From the NCBI RefSeq assembly GCF_000143415.4, contig NW_003314297.1, positions 682,001 through 746,000 on the forward strand: a stretch of 64,000 nt of DNA, in the 5' to 3' direction. Of this stretch, positions 47,674-61,776 are shown in pieces. The stretch's first letter is position 1. Every line of letters starts with the position of its first letter. The DNA comes from Selaginella moellendorffii (taxonomy: Eukaryota; Plantae; Lycopodiophyta). The translations under genes and the position numbers were made by a program. The notes beneath the pieces were generated by a model. It ran no database searches and was not told the DNA's origin. It worked only from the letters and a program-made list of their open reading frames with translations.

Positions 47674-50397
47674 TAGTTTGATTCTCGTGGCTAAGAAGTG
47701 GGCAAAAATATTCTAAAGGAATATTCAATATGGTGGATCTATAGGAAGAACCAAGGTTTAGTAGTACCCTAAAAGAAAGACTACGGTGACCAAAGTATGA
47801 TTGCAAACGATCATTCCCTAACAAGGGGAGGATTGTTAGGTACCAAACATTAATTTTTTTCAAGGACAAATTTGAAGAGTTTATTGGCCCTTACATTCTA
47901 TATTTAATCATCTTTCAAACTATTCTCTTAGATTATTTATAATTCAATACATTTCTCATACCCTTATGAACAAAAGCTAAAACCTATAACTCTTTTGAGA
48001 TCTTCACTCTCTTACACTGTACCACTCAGGTTTAGCTAAGTAGGAGCAAAATTAAATCACTAATATCAATTTTGATTGCTTTAACCAACTACAAAGTTAG
48101 ACTTTAGACACTTTTAATACCAAATTGCTTTGTGTTTTGATTATAACATTTCATCAGCAATACTTGAGGAAGGAGTAGTATGAGGTCTATTCATATATAC
48201 CATATAGATATAAACAAGATTAGCACAAGATAATCTAGATTATCACAAGCCTAATCAGACTTGTTGATCTAGAAAATGTTTGTATAAGTATAGGCCTTGG
48301 TTCTCTCACACATTATAAATTTAGATATTTATTTAAGCATTCAAACTCTTTGTTTTATAATATATTATAGTGGAAGGACTCAATCTTGTCAAACAAACTT
48401 AATTTTAACAATAATTAATTATTTCAAAGATTAAAAATTATCTTAATAGTTATTTGTATGTATAATCAAATTATGTTATAAATATCTTAAACTTATAATA
48501 GAAATGTTTTTAAAGAATTTAGTAATTATTAAACTTGACTATTACTAATTACAATGTAATGATTATATTATTTTGTCTGTTTTCAATATACAATCAACTA
48601 AATATTTCAATTTTTAACGTCTCTTTATTGTAATTTTTGAGTTATATTTATTAGTATAAAACAAGTACATGAAGATATTTAAATTTTGTAAAATACACAT
48701 ATTATTATTATTATTTACTCAATATAATATATTTATTATTGTACTTATATAGTAAATTATAAAAATAATTAAATCTCACTTGCTGTTCATATTTTTTTAA
48801 ATTGAAATGTTTTTTAGAATTTTTATTTATTTAATCTAAGTAAAATAAGCTTAATATAACCTATGTTTAAAATTTTAGTAAATAAGGAAACTCTATATAT
48901 TATATAACAGTAATTTAATTTAGTAATTTAAATAAACCTAATTATACTAAGATAAATATATATTATATCACTAATTGTTTTTTGAGTATTTTCCAATTCT
49001 TTGACTTTGGGGGGGGGGGGGGGCAGGTTCTAAATGTATAGTAGGGATAGTGGCCAAAAGCATTGCTAACCACTTGAAATATTAATTTGGCTTCTACTAG
49101 ACTATATCACTCTTTGAGCTTGGGTTTAACCCAAATTCTAGATGGTGGGGTACCCACTTTCTCACATTAAGCCAGTAGTATGCCAAAATTATGCTATACT
49201 TTGCTAACATTATTTTGTTTGCAAGAGCTAAATTGTAGTGCATTGTAGTGCACATGGTTTTTACCTTTTATCCTATGATGATTTATCATAAGATAACCAT
49301 GAAGCGGAACCTAAACCCTTTATATGCCACGTGTTACATGCCACATGTCCAAAGGATAGTGGTGCAAAACCCAAATTTCAGGGCCTTGGGCTATTGAACG
49401 AAGAGATGGTGCCAAATTCCCAAGCATAGAGTTCAAGAGTACTGGCACTGGAGCACAGAATGACTCTCAAGCATACAACCCAAGGAACGAAAAAACAAAA
49501 ACATGAAGTGACTTGGAACAATCTTAAAGTATCTAACATCTTAATGCCAAGATTAGCATGCAAAACGAAGCCAAACAAAGTGTGGTGCTATTTTACTATA
49601 CCGGTGGCCTAAAATAAAGATATGGGTACTCCACCAACTAGCATAGAATGGAACTTGGGTTTAGACCCAAGCCAAACACAAAACAAAGATAAACATGCAA
49701 GCAAGAGCTAAACTATGCCTTATGTTAATTGGCCATACCTAATTTACCCATTATCCCTACTATACATTTGAAACCCCTTATATCCCCCCACCCTTTGGGC
49801 TTTCACCCCAAACCACCTTTAGTATTGAGAGTTAGTCTCTAGGACAAACTTGAAACTTATTAAATATGGAATGTCTTTAGATTGCGAATTTAGACACAAA
49901 ATGAACACCATTGTGTTTAGGATAATCTCTACATTTTGTAAATATGCCAAATGAGCAAATTTAGACACTTTCTATAAATAGCATTTGGGACTGAATGGTA
50001 CTAACACAAAGTGCATGATAGCGAGGGTGTTTGGTAGACACGGTAAGCTATCATTTAGCGAATATTAAGGGATCAAGCTCAATATCGCAGGGATTCTCAA
50101 CACTAGCAAGTGTAAGCCAACAAATAAGTTTCTCTAACCAAGTCAAGTATGCTTAAGTAATAGCATTTAGGAATTCCGCCTTTATGTTAATTTGGTCAAG
50201 TGCACATACGAAGACTAGTTTCTAAACTAGTTTAGGTGGAAACTAATAAAGAATTCAACAATACCGACCTTTTGTTGTCATGGCAGTAAGGAAAGAATAT
50301 CTGAAAGAATATCTGAAAGAATTAACTAAAAGGTAACTTTCGATACCTGAAATCACATTCACAACATATACCCTATCTTTCTCCCCTTAAGTTAACT

Positions 50398-51880
50398 AAA
50401 AAAGGGGTAATTGTTTGATAAGAAAGCTTTTAATGGTTATTTTATCCCTATTTATCCCCCAAGGTTCCACGGTGATAGTATATCTAAATCTCATCTTATG
50501 ATGACATGCACTAAATTCACCCCCCAAAGTTTCATAGTAATAGTATATCTAAATCTCATCCCATGATGACATGCACTACACTCACTTCAAAGATGTCAAT
50601 GTCCTTATTGACTTAACTATTAAGCCAAAAAGAACTAACACTTCCATATCCTCATTGACTATTGACTAACAATCCTTTCATTATGTAAAATCTCAGCCTA
50701 TAATGACATATGCTACACACATTTCAAAGATGTCAATGTCCTTATTGACTTGATTACTAAGCCAAAAGGAATTAACACTTCCATATCCTCATTGACTATT
50801 GATTGACAATCCTTCTATTGTATAATATATTTAAATCTCATCTTATAATAACATGCACTACACTCACTTCAAAGATGTCAATGTCTTCATAACCCCTATT
50901 GAGCCAAAGGGAACTAACACTTCTATATCTTTATTGACTATTGACTAACAATCCTTTCATTATGTAGTATATTTAAATTTTATCCCATGATGACATGCAC
51001 TACACTCACTTTAAAGATGTCAATGTCTTCATAACCATTATTGAGCCAAAGGGAACTAACACCTTCATATCCTCATTGACTATTTACTAACACTCTTTCC
51101 ATTGTATAGTATATCTAAATCTTATCCTATGATGATATGCACTATAGTCACGTCAAAGATGTCAATGTCCTTATTGACTTGACTAATAACCTTTATTGAG
51201 CTAAAAGGAACTAACACCTTCATATCCTCATTGACTATTGACTAACAATCCTTATATTGTGTAAACTAGTTATTCCATATTGTGAGATAATTAATCATTC
51301 ACCCATACCATAGTCCCACGGTAAATTGTGTAGACCAACTATTCCATGTTATAAGGTAACTAATCACCCACCCATACCACAGTCCCACAATAAATACTTT
51401 CTTCTATAGAGCATCCACAAGAGAACTAACACCTCTATATCCTCATTGACTATTGATTAACAATTATTCCATTGTGTAGATTAAATGTTCCATGTTGTGA
51501 GGTAATTAGTCATAAATTGTGTAAACTAACTATTCCATGTTGTGAGGTAACTAATTATCCATCCATACCACAATCCCACAGTAGATACCTTGTCTGTAGA
51601 ACATCCATAAAAGGAAGGACATAATATATATAATTTCAAATTTAGGAGTAAGAATATATTTTACTCAAATGTATATTATATTTTAAGTAATCACTAATAA
51701 ATAGGAATCAAACCCATGCCATTTGCTCTAATACCACATGTAACACACTCTACCTCTCTCCTTTAATTAGAAAAGGGGCAATTGCTTAATAAAAGAGCCT
51801 TTAGTAGCTATTTTATTCCTATTTATCCCCCAAGGTTTCATAGTAATTGTATATCCAAATTCCATCCTACAATGACATAT
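50398..51880. repeat. Tandem array: about 5 copies of a ~141-bp unit (about 50540-51262) and about 4 copies of a ~70-bp unit (about 51260-51585), within a probable LTR-element remnant
   Basis: Recurrent cacttcaaagatgtcaatgtc...ggaactaacac...cctcattgactattgactaacaatcc; segment 50398-50470 recurs at 51770-51840; minus-strand PBS-like TGGTATTAGAGC at 51725-51736 next to TGTTACA. Confidence 0.8.
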
Positions 51881-53325
51881 GTTATATAAATGTAGAGAGT
51901 AAATGCTCATAAGGGATTTTAATGTATATTAAACCCTCATTTAGCATAATAGGCTTGGAGACCAAATATACATGCACTATAAACTTGTATCACCTATGAG
52001 GTGCAATTTCCATTTCTCATATAGGAGTCTCATTTGTTTGTGAGATATACCAAAAAAGAGTTACATTTTAAAATCGCAAAGCTTATGAAAGAAGATTAAA
52101 GAAAATAGCGGGTGAGATTGACTGGAAGAATATGCATCTTATCAGAGATAAAAAGTTATATCTCAATTTAATTTTATTTTTACACAAACATTAAACAGTA
52201 GTATAAAGTGGCATAGTATCAATCCAAACTTTTTTTCATTTTTATGGGTAGATTACACAAAACTTGCAATAAATTAAAAGAATCCTCCACCACACAGAGA
52301 GGTGGCATGATATCCATCCAAACCATAAAAAGATAGCCTATGGTTAAGGATGCCAAATATATAAACATTGATATCTTTTTGCTATTCACTAAAGAGAGTT
52401 AATTTATATGATAACTTTAAGCCTTGCTTTTTCCATACATGGCATGAAAAATGGTATAGGCCTAAAAAATAATTTTAGAACATGTTTGGAAAGTTTGAAT
52501 TTAAAGTATATTTTTCAAGATTTGATGCCAAAGCCTACTCCTCCCCTGCCACCTGGGTTTGGGGTCTTCAAAAATCTGCCTTTCGAAAACACTAGGTTTG
52601 GCATGACTAAACCACTATATCCAATAAATGATATACCTTGCTGCATAGATTCCTCCCATGTGCAATCACATATTGCCATATTTGTTCCGAGATATTCATT
52701 AATAAAAGAATAAAAATTTTCTGGTGTCTCAAAAGCCCACCCACAACAACCATTGCCTGACACTAAAGAGCTAGATAACTTAAGGGAGATTACTAATGTA
52801 TTTAGGAGGAACTTAGTTGAAGGCGACTGGGAGCATCCGAGCCATGTGATGGAGCGGGCACTTGTCGCCCACTATGCACTCTTCCTTCACTTTCTGATTG
52901 AACCTAATTTTGCTAGATCGCTTTCATACTGCCACTCGATTCCTCTCTCTTTCGGCGTCTCCATTATCAAATCGATCAATCCATTGATCTCCTGTCCCAG
53001 GTGCCGTGATTTGGTTCCGTTTTGGATCCATCATCTTTTCAGCATTTTAATATATCCAACGTTTTTTCTACGCGACCGTGCAGTGTGGGGTCTCCTGTGG
53101 ATTTTACGACAATGCTTCCCAGACGAGCATCGAGGATTCCGCGACCACTGTTTGCATGATTTTGGTCGCTTCAAAGTGGTGAGCTTCCTCATATCTTTCC
53201 TTCCTCAAAGTTGGCTCTCTCGTCTCTCTTTTTCTTCCTTGCCTGCCTTCTCGTGCGTTTTCTTGGCTGTACGTAGATTCCAGTCTCATTGAATTTGGTG
53301 ATTGGTTTTTTTGGTGTAAGCAGCG

Positions 53326-55188
53326 ATGCATTCGATCTGTCTCAAGAGCATGGAACACGCGACCAAGAACGCCGCGGCCATCCAACGCGAGCTCCTGCAG
53401 CAAATCCTGGAGAAGAACGCCGGGACCGAGTACCTTACGCGGCATGGCCTGGACGAGGAATCCAACCTCGTCGATGGCTTCTACAAGCTACCCCTCGTAG
53501 AGTACAATGACATCGAAGCGGACATCAAGCGTATTGCGGACGGCGACACTGGAAGAATACTTTGCTCCGATCCAATCTCACAGTTCTTCATCAGGTGTGT
53601 GGTTTCCGCAAAGTTTCGTTCTTCCTTGTCAAATTCTTTCTCAGCTCAGGGACGACGACCGGACGATCCAAACTCATCCCGGTGACGAAAGAAGCCGTGG
53701 ATCAAGCGCACAAGAGGCCAGTCGAACTCTCGATTCTTCCATCCACCACTGATATCTCTGGCTTGGCACAGGGTGTTCACGATCAATCCGGACGAAACTT
53801 ACTTGGCATTCTGGTTCGCGAGCAAGCAGTCCCTCACGAAAGGTGGCTTCAAGGCCGAGACTGTCACAACCAGCGGTCTCAACAGCGCTCACTTCAAGCG
53901 AGCAGCCGCATCCTTCGTCACCCCGCACAAGATCTTCCAGTCCACCAGCATGTACCAGTGCCTCTACTGCCACCTTCTCTGCGGCCTCCTCCGCCGCGAG
54001 GAAGTCACCGTCGTGATCTCGGCCTTCGCCTTCGCACTGACCGAGGCTTTCCGGGTGCTGGAGCAAGTCTGGTCGGAGCTGCTCGAGGACATCGAGGCTG
54101 GAAGCTTGAGCTCGAGGATCACAGACCCGACTTTGCGGCTCGCTATGTCCGGCATTGCTCCTCCCAGTCCCGAGCTCGCAGAGCAGCTGAGAAGGGAGTT
54201 TCGATCGTTTAGCATGGACGGGATCGTCCAGCGCCTGTGGCCCAACGCGAAGTCTGTGGTAGCTGTCACAACCGGAGCCATGGCACCATACGCCCCGAGG
54301 CTGCGAGCTCTTGCTGGAAAAACTCCGGTGGTTTGCGGAAACTACTTCAGCTCCGAGTGCTTGATCGGGATCAACCTCAGCCCGGCCTCGTCGCCAGCCA
54401 CTTTCACCGTCAACCCGGAGTTTGCGTACTTCGAGTTTCTTAGCTACCACGACGGTGAAACCAAGTTGAATGGCCTGGAGGAGCAACGTCCCGTTGGTCT
54501 CACGGAGGTGATGATCGGAGAGAAGTATGAGATCGTGGTGACAACTCGATCTGGTACGTTTTGCTTCCAAGTTCTTCGTTTTTCTCCCTGTCAGACCTTG
54601 GAGTTCACAGGTCTCTATCGATACAGGCTCGGAGATGTCGTCCAAGTGGCCGGCTTCTTCAACTCGAGCCCGAGCCTGAGATTTCTTTTCCGGAGAAACG
54701 TGGTGATGAGCGTAGCCACTGACAAAACGGACGAGTTCGAGCTCCAGGCCGTAGTCCACAAGGCCTCATTGCTGCTGCGGAGCTCAAGCCAGCTCCACGA
54801 CTTTGCAGGCTACGCCGACTTCTCGTCCATCCCGGGACATTACGCCATCTTCTGGGAGCTCAACCACGGCGGCTCCATGGATCCGAGCACCCTGCAAGAC
54901 TGCTGTGAGCTCCTGGACGTGTCTCTCAACGATCCTTACTTGCGCGGGAGGAGTAGTGGAGCCATCGGTCCTCTAAAGCTGTGCGTGGTGAGGGGCGGGA
55001 GCTTTAGAGAGCTGTTTGAGCAGCACGTCGCGAGAGGCGGGAGTGGAAGCCAGTACAAATCTTGTCGCTGCGTCGCGAGCAAACAAGCCATTGATCTACT
55101 GCGAAGAAACACTCTCCAGCAAGCCTTAAGTTCGAAGTTTCCAAATCCCTGGAAACTAAGTATTAAGTCTCTGGAGCTTGACCAATAA
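53326..55188 (+). CDS. GH3: GH3 acyl-acid amido synthetase; exons 53326-53594, 53645-53716, 53772-54553, 54611-55188
   Basis: LQQILEKNAGTEYL, SSGTTTGRSKLIP, YFSSEC, FAYFEF, YEIVVTT..GLYRYRLGDVV, PGHYAIFWE and IGPLKLCVV motifs. Confidence 0.93.
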
Positions 55189-55399
55189 TCATGTAGCCAT
55201 TTTTACCGTGATCGTTATCGCGACTGACAAAACGAGATCTTCCTCGTTTGGATTTGGAGAGCTTGCATCTGCGAGAACTAACAGCACCTACTTTACAACA
55301 TCGGTGTCTTGAGCCGAGACAAGGGGAATGAAAATCAATCTTTCACCTACACCCAAACCACATCGTGAGAAGAACAGCATAAATGAAAATGAGAATTAC

Positions 55400-58300
55400 T
55401 TACACCGGAAGGTCTTCTTCCGTGCCTGTGAGCACCGTAGCTTTCTTCCGGGTTCTCATTGAGTGCTGCGAAGAAGAAGGCGGGGACAGCACAGTAGTTG
55501 GTCCTTTTTGCTTGAGCTTCTGTCGCACTTGGTAGAGAGGAGTGTCATCGTCATCTTCTATCTGGTCCTCCGACTCCGATGGTTGCTCCTCGTCGCTCTC
55601 GGACTCATCTCCAAACAGCTTCTTCTTGTTGTTAGTCTTGGCGTTTCTAGGTGGCCGAGGAGGCTGGTCATGCTTTCCTGGAAAACAAAGAAAAAACAAA
55701 AGCAGATGAAATAGAAAGAAAAAAGTCACTACTGACCTGGAGCTTCTGTTTTCGACACCCTCTCCTGGAGATGCTCCAGGAATGTCTGATATGGACGCCA
55801 TCCAGTCGGATCTTGATCTACATCGTCGTCGTTTACCCTGCTTTGCACGTTCTCGATGCTGCAAGCGCAAGTGAGTGGCTTACAACGCAAGGAAATATAA
55901 GAGAACTTACATATCTCGTATGTCGGCTGCAGCTAATCTTTGTAAGAATGGTAAAACGCACGCCTCGAGAAATGACAACTGCGTGGGAGTATCTTCAAAC
56001 GCATGCTCCACGCCATTTCTTACGAGCTTTAAGATGCTTGGCCTGTGGATGTTACGGGCGAAACCGGAAAATGTCGCTGAAAGACGGTTCGCTAGCTCCT
56101 TACAAAGCTCAAATGATTTAGGCTTTGCTTCTTCATCGTCCTCTAAATGTCTGCTGTAGGCCTGAAATTTTTTCCAGAGTCACAACATGCTTTGCACAAG
56201 CTGGCTCACCTTCTTCATAGCGTCTAGATAGAGGCTACATAGCTCTTGGGACTTCATATTCTTTTTGAAGACGAGAATTAGCTGCTTTATGGTCTCCTCG
56301 ACTCCCTTGCCATGGAGCACGTAGTGCGATATGATCTCCGACCCAATAAAGTCCTGAAATTTCAAGCTTTGTAGTCCCTCTGAAACTTTCAAAAGGAGAC
56401 GTACCTTAGGAATCATTTCATGCGCAACTAGCTTTGCAGCCGACGTGATAACGATATCTTTCTGGCTAAAGTAATCCGCTTCTTCCTCTCGCTCTACCTC
56501 CATGTCGTCGTCATCTGAATCTGAAAGTAAAGATTCAGTTGTTTATCACCATCTACACTAAATATTTTTACCAGGTACAGATAGCCTGAGTTCGCACAGC
56601 TCCCAAAACTTCTCCAACCTCTCTGAAGAGGGAGAAAACCCCAATCGTTCAATTTTCGTAGAGGACAGCTTTTCTTTGCTGAATAGGCTGCAAAGGTCCG
56701 AGAAAATGGTGCAAATCTGGGATCACGTGAGAGTTAGCTTCTGAGTGATTCGTCAGGTTCAAGACCTACCGTAGAACTTAGCAAGGACTTGGTCTGCCCG
56801 TCACTGAAACTCGAAATAACATTGTCCATCTGAGTTTCAAGGTGCTTATAAAGTGTAGATCTCTTGGTTATAAGACTCGTTAATTGATTCTCATCTGGAT
56901 TATCGTGGTCAATACTTTTGAGATACCATATCACATACAGAAATATGTTTGTCAAATCTAATTGCACAGCCTGAAGCAAGTAGGGTTGTAAGATAGAAAA
57001 CAATAAAAGGAACTATACCTCGTCTTCCAAATCACTGAAGTCTTCCAGAAGTGTGAGTAGATCTTTGTAGAGCTCTTCATTATTTATAGGCATTGCCAAC
57101 TGCAAATGCTGTAACCGTCGTAAGTTCACCGTAAGAGAATAGTCGTCTTCAGTTTCCTGATGAACTCGAGTCAGTACAAGGCAGAAACAACGGTATCGAA
57201 AACGTTACCCCCGCGTGCTCAATGGCCGATCTCAGTTTGCGAATAACTTCATCAGTCGTTTCTTTCAAAACGCGTTGAGCAGCATCTTGAAGATCTGCCT
57301 TCGTCTCACTAGCGCAAAAGACTAAAGTGTTGACACATGTTTGCAACGTCTTGCGGTCCCCATGTTTAAAGAACGCGTCCCTTGTGAGCTCAAGAGATGA
57401 AATGCAGCTCTAATCGCAATACACAAAATAATTTAGACTATCATGCAGTTGTGTATGTACCTGTTCTTGCTGCTTTAATGAATAGAGATCAAGATTCATA
57501 TGTTGCATGATCTCAACGATATAACACACTTTAGATTTGTCCGCAAGATATTTCCTTAACAACTTCGGATGAGGCTTGATCATTGCCGTTGTCAATTTCT
57601 TCTTACTGGACTCAAAAGCCTCCTGCAGGATAGCAAATCAACAATTCTGTCAAACCATAGACAAAATACCTTCTGCGCCTTCGTTAGTGTTGCCTTGCGA
57701 CTGTCAATGGTAGGCACCAGTTTCTCACCAACTGATCTCTTTGCAGAACCACCAAGAACCCTGCATAAACTTGCAATATCAACATCTGTCAGCTCCTGAT
57801 TCTCACTGTCATCCAGTAGCATCGAAATTAGGCACTTCCAGTCCTACAACACACAGCTTAGAGGGGAGTGGTGAAGAAAAGGAAAATGACAAACCTGCAT
57901 AGCCTTCATTTCTTCCCAGACAGCATCGATAACATAATCGCTTAGAATGGGATCACTTGCGAAGTCTTTCAGGATCGTTAGCAATCTCTTTAACTGGACA
58001 TCAGATTTATCGCTGTCCTCGCCTTCTGTAGAGAAAAAAAGTTTTAAGTGGCTCTAAACAGCATAATACACACCTTCTGCGTTTGGCACGGCAATCATCT
58101 GCTCATAAACTAGCTGCCCTACAGCGTGACGAATCGAAGGCGATTCATCGATCAAAAGATCGTACAGAGGGCTCACGTCTTTGATAAGTTGATGCCTGAT
58201 TCATTGCACAACTTAGTGATTAATCGCAGCAAAACCAAAACGCACCTTAGCAGCTGTTTAAACAAGCCGATGGCGCTCACTGCAACACTTATATCAACAT

Positions 58301-59898
58301 CATCCGCTAGTTCGATCATTCGATTAGAAAACCGTTGTGTAAATAGCGCCATAGAAGGTACATTATCATCAATCTCGTAGATAGCTCGGAGAGCCTCAAT
58401 AGAGCTCTTGCGGACGGCTACGTTCTTCACAATGTACAGTTAGAAGGCATGCAAGCGGGAAAGCTTTTCATACCTTATCGCTGAGCGTCCATCCGATATA
58501 CTTTAGATAGAGGTCATTGAGGAAGTAGGACGGGTATGATATAACCCATCCACCAATGGCTTTGACGCATGCAACTCTGAAATCTACGTCGACGTCACGA
58601 TACCGATGCATAAAGAGCCTGGGAAGGAATTCATAATCAGAAAATTGAACCTTAGAGAAAAATGATCGTACCCGCGGATTATGGCCTGGATCATACCCTC
58701 GATTTTTGTTATTTTATCGTGCGTTTGAGACAGGACTTTGTTGAGCGACTCGATGCGTGCAGCATCCTTCCGTTTCTTCTTTTCCTCGGCAATAAGCTGG
58801 CGCTGTTTCGTTTCCCGAGATTGAGAAAGCGTCTTTGCAACGGTGACAAATGATGTCGCGAGCTGAAGTCCGATGAGCGTCGAGACATGCCGGAAGTGCC
58901 TAGGCGGGGTGCTGAAGAGGCCAACGTGAGAACGAAAGTAAGCAGAACTTTTTTTTAACTTGCCATGAGAGCGCCGTCACAAAGTTTATGCACATCTCCA
59001 TAAGTTGTTCGTCAAAAAGTGGTCCGTTTTGGCATTCTAGAACGAAGGTATCCCAGAATAATGTCAGATTGTCTTTAAAACCACGCAGATCCTTTTGCTT
59101 CGACGTAACAAAATCTTCCACATCCCCCTATTTCGCAGGCAATGAGTACTGAAAACAAAAACTGGACAAAACAGTCACGTACCGCTTTAGCCTGACTAAC
59201 AAGCTCGAGAACAACCTCATCAACATTAATTTCGTCGAGTAAATCTTCGTCAATATTGTACTTCGCACCGCAAGCCTTGATAGACGAGCGTAAGGAAAAA
59301 CCGTGGCAAGAACAAATGAAAATCCCACAAAAGCTAACCTCAAATATACACATAATAAGTTCGCATGTCGCCGGCCGCTGGCTTGATTCGTAGCGATCAA
59401 TCCAGTTCTTCACAGCTCGAGGAACAAGCTTCCCATTATGCTTGATCACGTCTGAGAAAAGTTGCCAATGCTTCAACGCGGCCAGAAGAAAAGACAATAC
59501 CCTCACCTATTAAGCTTTGTCGATCATCACTGGAATCCTCAGACTGCCTGTTCTTCCTCTTTTTTCCTCGATCATCTTGCTCCAAACTGCTGTCTTTCCC
59601 ACTCTCGGACTCCAAAGACACTTGCCGCTTGCGACGTTTCTGTGAAAGATTTCAGACATCTCCAAAAATGTTGAAATTCCTACCGGAGGAAGCCCATCTC
59701 CCCGCGCCGCAGCTCCCCGCTTCTTGGATTGCGCCGGTTCTTGCGCCGAGCCCTCCTCATCGCTGCTGCTCGCGTTCACTCTACCTCAAGGATGCATCAG
59801 TCTAGCCCTGCCAAGAGACGAGATCACACTTACTCCTGCCACAGCCGCGTCTTCTCCAATTCCTCCCTGCTGAGCCTGCGCCTACTGCTCGACGCCAT
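55400..59898 (-). CDS. SCC3: Cohesin subunit SCC3/STAG; many short exons
   Basis: LFMHRYRDVDVDFRVACVKAIGGW, FLNDLYLKYIGWTLSDK, FTQRFSNRMIELADDVDISVAVSAIGL, PKLLRKYLADKSKV and EIISHYVLHGKGVEETIKQLI. Confidence 0.92.
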
Positions 59899-60068
59899 TC
59901 CACGAACCCTAGGCGATCCCGCGCTCTAAAGCGTCCTCTTCACTTCGCCATAGCTAAATGAGAAAACCCTTTTGCGCGGGGAAAGCCCCGACCGTACACA
60001 AGGGATCCCGGTTTTCCGTACCACAAGGGTAACTTTGTTTTTTACGTTGCATTGTTCTCTCTCGTTCC

Positions 60069-61776
60069 TCACACAATAGCTGGGGAGCTATCAAAGCCCT
60101 TTCTCACAATCACAGGAGGTTCCTAGATATCACCAAGAACGAGAAAAAAAAATCTGGCCATCAAAAAACATCTAGAAACTGTGATTTGATCGTCACTCTT
60201 ACCTCGTATTCCTCAAATCTGTGTCCATCGATCGTCATGATGCTGGGAGTGATCCCCGGCGGTGGTGAAAGCCAATCTTGAGCTTCCTCCCAGGCGCTTC
60301 TCGCCGTGGAACACTCCGGAGTTCTCGGAGAGCTAAAACTCACTGGGCCTTCCCTCGATGCCAAGCTCTTATTAACAAAGCCTGGAGCAAACGCTGTGGT
60401 GGAATCTTTAACAGCTTTCGCCTAGAGGAAAACCAATTAGAAATATTAGAATGTAAGCATCGTTCTTCATGGAAGGATCAGCCGAGAACCTTGGGCTTGA
60501 GAACCACAGCATTTCTTCGATATCCCATGACCATCTTGCCTCCAGGATCGATCCGGCTGAAAGTAACTGCAACTTCCAACGTTAGATCAATGCCTTGGAG
60601 TGCTATAAGTCACTCACCTACATCACCGGCTTGCAGTTGCAATGCTTTGACGCAAGGAGTGATGCCTTCCAAAACGTACATCCTGCTGCTGTTGTTTGGC
60701 CAGAACCGAAACTGGAATTGCCACTCTTGGCCTTTCGAGTCGCTCATTTTGATCGGTATTCCCTCGGGCGAAGATATGGGAGGAAAAAAAGCCTGACAAA
60801 GGAAACACCACGAAACGTAAGACCTCACAAATCCCTGCGTAAGTTTGTATGAACTTCAGTACCTCAGCACAAGCTTTTGGGAGCACCAAGCGGCCGATTC
60901 GTCCAGCATCACTTGCCGTGAGGGTCTTCTCGAATAACGGTACGACGGTGGTGGAGCTTCCACAAGTCAGGAAACACTACTGAATCTCTGAAGAGAGAAA
61001 ACTAAGAAAAAAGAAAGAACTAGCAAGCATACCTTCCGTCCGGCGTTTGCTGCTGCCTTTCCTTGTCCGTCACAACGTCCGGGCCCAACTGTTTGTGGCA
61101 TCCTCCGAGCTCGTCGATTGCTGGAACGTCCTGCGGTTCCTTTTCTTCAGGGCTTTCTAGCTTTTGCCTTTTAACCGAGCCAGCGAGAGATGCTGCTTGT
61201 TCATCCTCGGAAGATTGATCCGAGGCCTTGACTCTTGTGAGAGATGTGGATTCGGAGGACACATTTGCCGGACCTTCAACTGTCTAAAGTCCCACGGCTG
61301 AAATAATAGAAATGAAGCTTTGAGTCGTACGATACCTTGCATGGAGTCAATCCTTTCGCGCAGCTCACGCATTCAACCCCACCAAAATCGAGATGAACAA
61401 AAGAAGACACTGATGCAATGCATCCACAGTGGACAGGCTGCATTTCAATATCAAAAACTTAGATCCAAAGACGAAAGAAAACAAACACTCACCTTCTTAC
61501 AATTGTTACATGTTCTCCATCCCGCATCACTGGAATGAAAAGTCTCGCAGAATCTCGATTGCTCGTACACCAACCTGTGAGAAACACCAGCAGCATTTCA
61601 CCCGTAAATTGTCCATCTTCACAAAAACATTTTGAAAAGAGTGAATTCACTCACCCGCAGTAGTCGCACAAATCCGCTATTCTCCCCGACTGCAAGCCCC
61701 ATCCGGATTTCCACACGCTGCTGTTGGTCGCGGGGCATTTGGTGTTCCAACAGACCTTGCGCTTGAGATGATCCAT
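60069..61776 (-). CDS. VAL/HSI2-like B3 transcription factor (PHD-like and B3 domains), apparently without CW and EAR
   Basis: CWNTKC...WKSGW...DLCDYCG / FCETFH...GWRTC / [11 protein letters not shown]-like domain; B3 [26 protein letters not shown]...[20 protein letters not shown]; WEEAQD..PP...FEEYE-EPPV then a stop. Confidence 0.85.

Noticed and set aside
50540-51585. Repeat array superficially like a CRISPR array
   Set aside because: Units are contiguous diverged tandem repeats without unique spacers; eukaryotic context and no cas genes.
52408-53292. ORFs of 82-179 aa upstream of GH3
   Set aside because: No recognisable domain; probably TE debris and GH3 leader or intron sequence.
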